A stretch of 64,000 nt of DNA, from contig NC_087263.1 in NCBI RefSeq assembly GCF_037042905.1, forward strand, positions 14,138,001-14,202,000. The letters run 5' to 3'. The notes under the pieces were generated by a model, which saw only the letters and a list, made by a program, of their open reading frames with translations, ran no database searches and was not told the origin of the DNA. Both the position numbers and the translations under genes were made by a program. Source of the stretch: Lytechinus pictus (Eukaryota). Below are positions 61,799 to 64,000 of the stretch, one piece after another; within the stretch, counting starts at the first letter, position 1, and each line of letters opens with the position of its first letter.

Positions 61799-64000
61799 AT
61801 ATTAAGGATAGCTTCTTGCACCCATGGAAACATTTCATACGCCGCACACAAAAAATCAAAGACACAACGCACGCATGCAACACTTCCATGGGATAACGCA
61901 TCATAACGGTATACTTTTTATTATTCTATCGACAAACTATCCGAACCGTATTAATCCACTTTTAGCACTTTTTTATCCTTCCGTTTGAATCTAGGAAAAA
62001 ATTTTTTGATGTTCACGAGGGCCGTATTGAAGAAGTGATATAGAAATTTTTCTTCTACTAAAGAGGGCGCGCGATTTATATTCATATCAAAGACACATGG
62101 GAAAGACTAGGCAAACTATTTTACATGCAAAAGTGTTTATATTGCATAGACTTTGGTTTACTATTTGTTGACAAACGAACAAAGGATTGTACTGCTGGTT
62201 TTATTCAAGGCACATAGAATTTTTTTTTTATTTGTCGCAACTTTAATTGATTTCCAAAAAAGTGTTATCATCACCAATAATAATCTTATAAAGTATGTTT
62301 TCCAAGGTATTGCATTAATATTGGTGCCCATATTTATATAATCATAAGAATTGCGCATACAAAGAATTTAGACACAGTTATAAAACTACTGAAGAGCTGA
62401 ATTAAGGTTGTGAAATTTATTAGCGCCATCATCGAGCTTCCTTTTATTTCCATGGAAGAGAATATACATACACTATGTGAAACCACTTTCCTGGCAGAGG
62501 TACATGTAAGCAATTTTGCTATTTTTTGTGATTTCAATATATAAAAATTTTCAAAAATATACAATTGTATAGCTACTCACCAGAAAGAGCCCTGGTGAGT
62601 AGCGAAAAGGAGATTTGGAATATATTTACTTCTGTAATGAAGTGATGTTTGCCAATTTTTTTTTTAAGCAACACCCAAACACTGTTGGGTGTACGAAGTT
62701 GAGTATAGCTAACCTCGCATTCGTGTGAGTGAGCATCTTGTTGCTGGCTTGTTAATTCCAAGAACTTTCTCTGGTCTACAGTATACAGGCAAGAGTGAAT
62801 GTGGGAAACAAATATTGGGTATTTTAAGAGCTGATAACAAGTTCTCATACATATAATTTACTGTGTATTTTTTTATTGTTGTTAATAGCAAAACATGTTT
62901 GATTCCAAAGTTTATTGAACAGGGGAATTCATTAACTGAATCAGACAAAGCAACGGGTCATGCCCCTTGCCCCTCTATTCTCTCTAATCTAAAAACAAAT
63001 TAGAGTAGACCACCCCCAAAAAAATTAATAAATAAATAGATTGAATTAGGAAGTTCTACTGAGGTCTGAGTCTGAGAATATTTCCTTATTTTCCTTTATA
63101 ATTATGGATTCATGCTGAATCCACCAAATTCCAAAACCAAATGCAGTTGGATTTAATGATGAAATCAAAATGAGGTGCAAAATAAGAATTATAAACAATG
63201 AAAAAACAAGAATAACATTAGTCATTAGAACTAGTCGAAGTCAAGAGCAAAAATAGTCCTGCCATCATATGGGCACGGCCATGGGCATGGCCATGATGAT
63301 TGGCAAGAAAATTTTTTTTTAAATAAATTGTTAACAATAACAGCATGGTCATGGTTAATGTTAGATACGTTCATTTAGTTCATTTTATTTGTCTTCCAAC
63401 TTTGAGTTTGAATACATGACAAACATATAAGTGTGTATGAAACAATGAGCAAAGTACATGATAAAACATACAGGTATCATATAAAACAGAGTATGCAGAA
63501 AACATTGTTTTTAAATACATTATACAGCTTAAGACAGAAAAAAGAAATAATTTCAAAGGAAGACGAGGAGACCTAAGTAAGTGAAGCAATGCTTGTAAAT
63601 TAAGGTTCCTCATTACGAATTCAAAGAACATTGGATAAACAACAAAGAAATGGCAATATAATATAATATGATAACTAAAGAGAGTGGCGGGGAGAGAAGA
63701 GGGACACATTTATGTACAAAAGGGACAAAAAAAGGGGACATGAGGACAGAGAACTGCCAGGCCCAGGCCCGGGGAAAGGGGGGATGTTAAGCATGTTAAG
63801 TATGATGTTAAGTATTGATAATATCTAGATTAAATAAATCATGACATAACATGGGCTAGGCTCATGTCAGAGTCATGGCATACATTTATTTCAATTTCTG
63901 AACAGAGGGAATCAAAGAAGCATAATTTGGTAATGTTCATAAAAAGTGCTACATTAAATGGTTCGTAATTTTTTAAAATCCCATTCCGACCGAGCGCGAG

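Noticed and set aside
63380..63709. Hydrophobic 109-aa minus-strand ORF as the missing GAL3ST transmembrane exon
   Set aside because: Hydrophobicity reflects T-rich low-complexity DNA; no basic N-terminal tail plus clean signal anchor, and no convincing phase-2 donor.

Overview
AT-rich, intron-rich animal genomic DNA. The repeat landscape (tRNA-SINEs, many MITE families, HINE/Tsp-like elements) suggests a marine invertebrate deuterostome such as a sea urchin; this is inference only. Two convergent protein-coding genes are present. (1) USP47 (ubiquitin carboxyl-terminal hydrolase 47), + strand: 25 phase-consistent GT-AG coding exons from 356 to the TAA at 28263, 4122 nt or about 1373 aa in the window. 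The N-terminal exon(s) lie upstream of the window. (2) The large catalytic exon of a galactose-3-O-sulfotransferase (GAL3ST family), - strand, 50160-51612; its transmembrane-encoding 5' exon was not found. The rest is introns, UTR or intergenic DNA filled with non-autonomous transposons, SINEs, micro/minisatellites and a 177-bp dimeric satellite. Most striking observations: (a) TACATGTA is about 30-fold over-represented, and paired repeat copies show it arises by CATGTA insertion at TA, as expected for Tc1/mariner excision footprints; (b) at least seven USP47 exons have local duplicated echoes, several keeping intact splice sites whose use would create premature stops; (c) complementary (GAT)n and (CAT)n tracts bracket eight USP47 exons in a back-splicing-type geometry; (d) this USP47 ends in a PPxY motif and carries beta-TrCP degron-like motifs. 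Repeat boundaries and family assignments were read by eye and are approximate.
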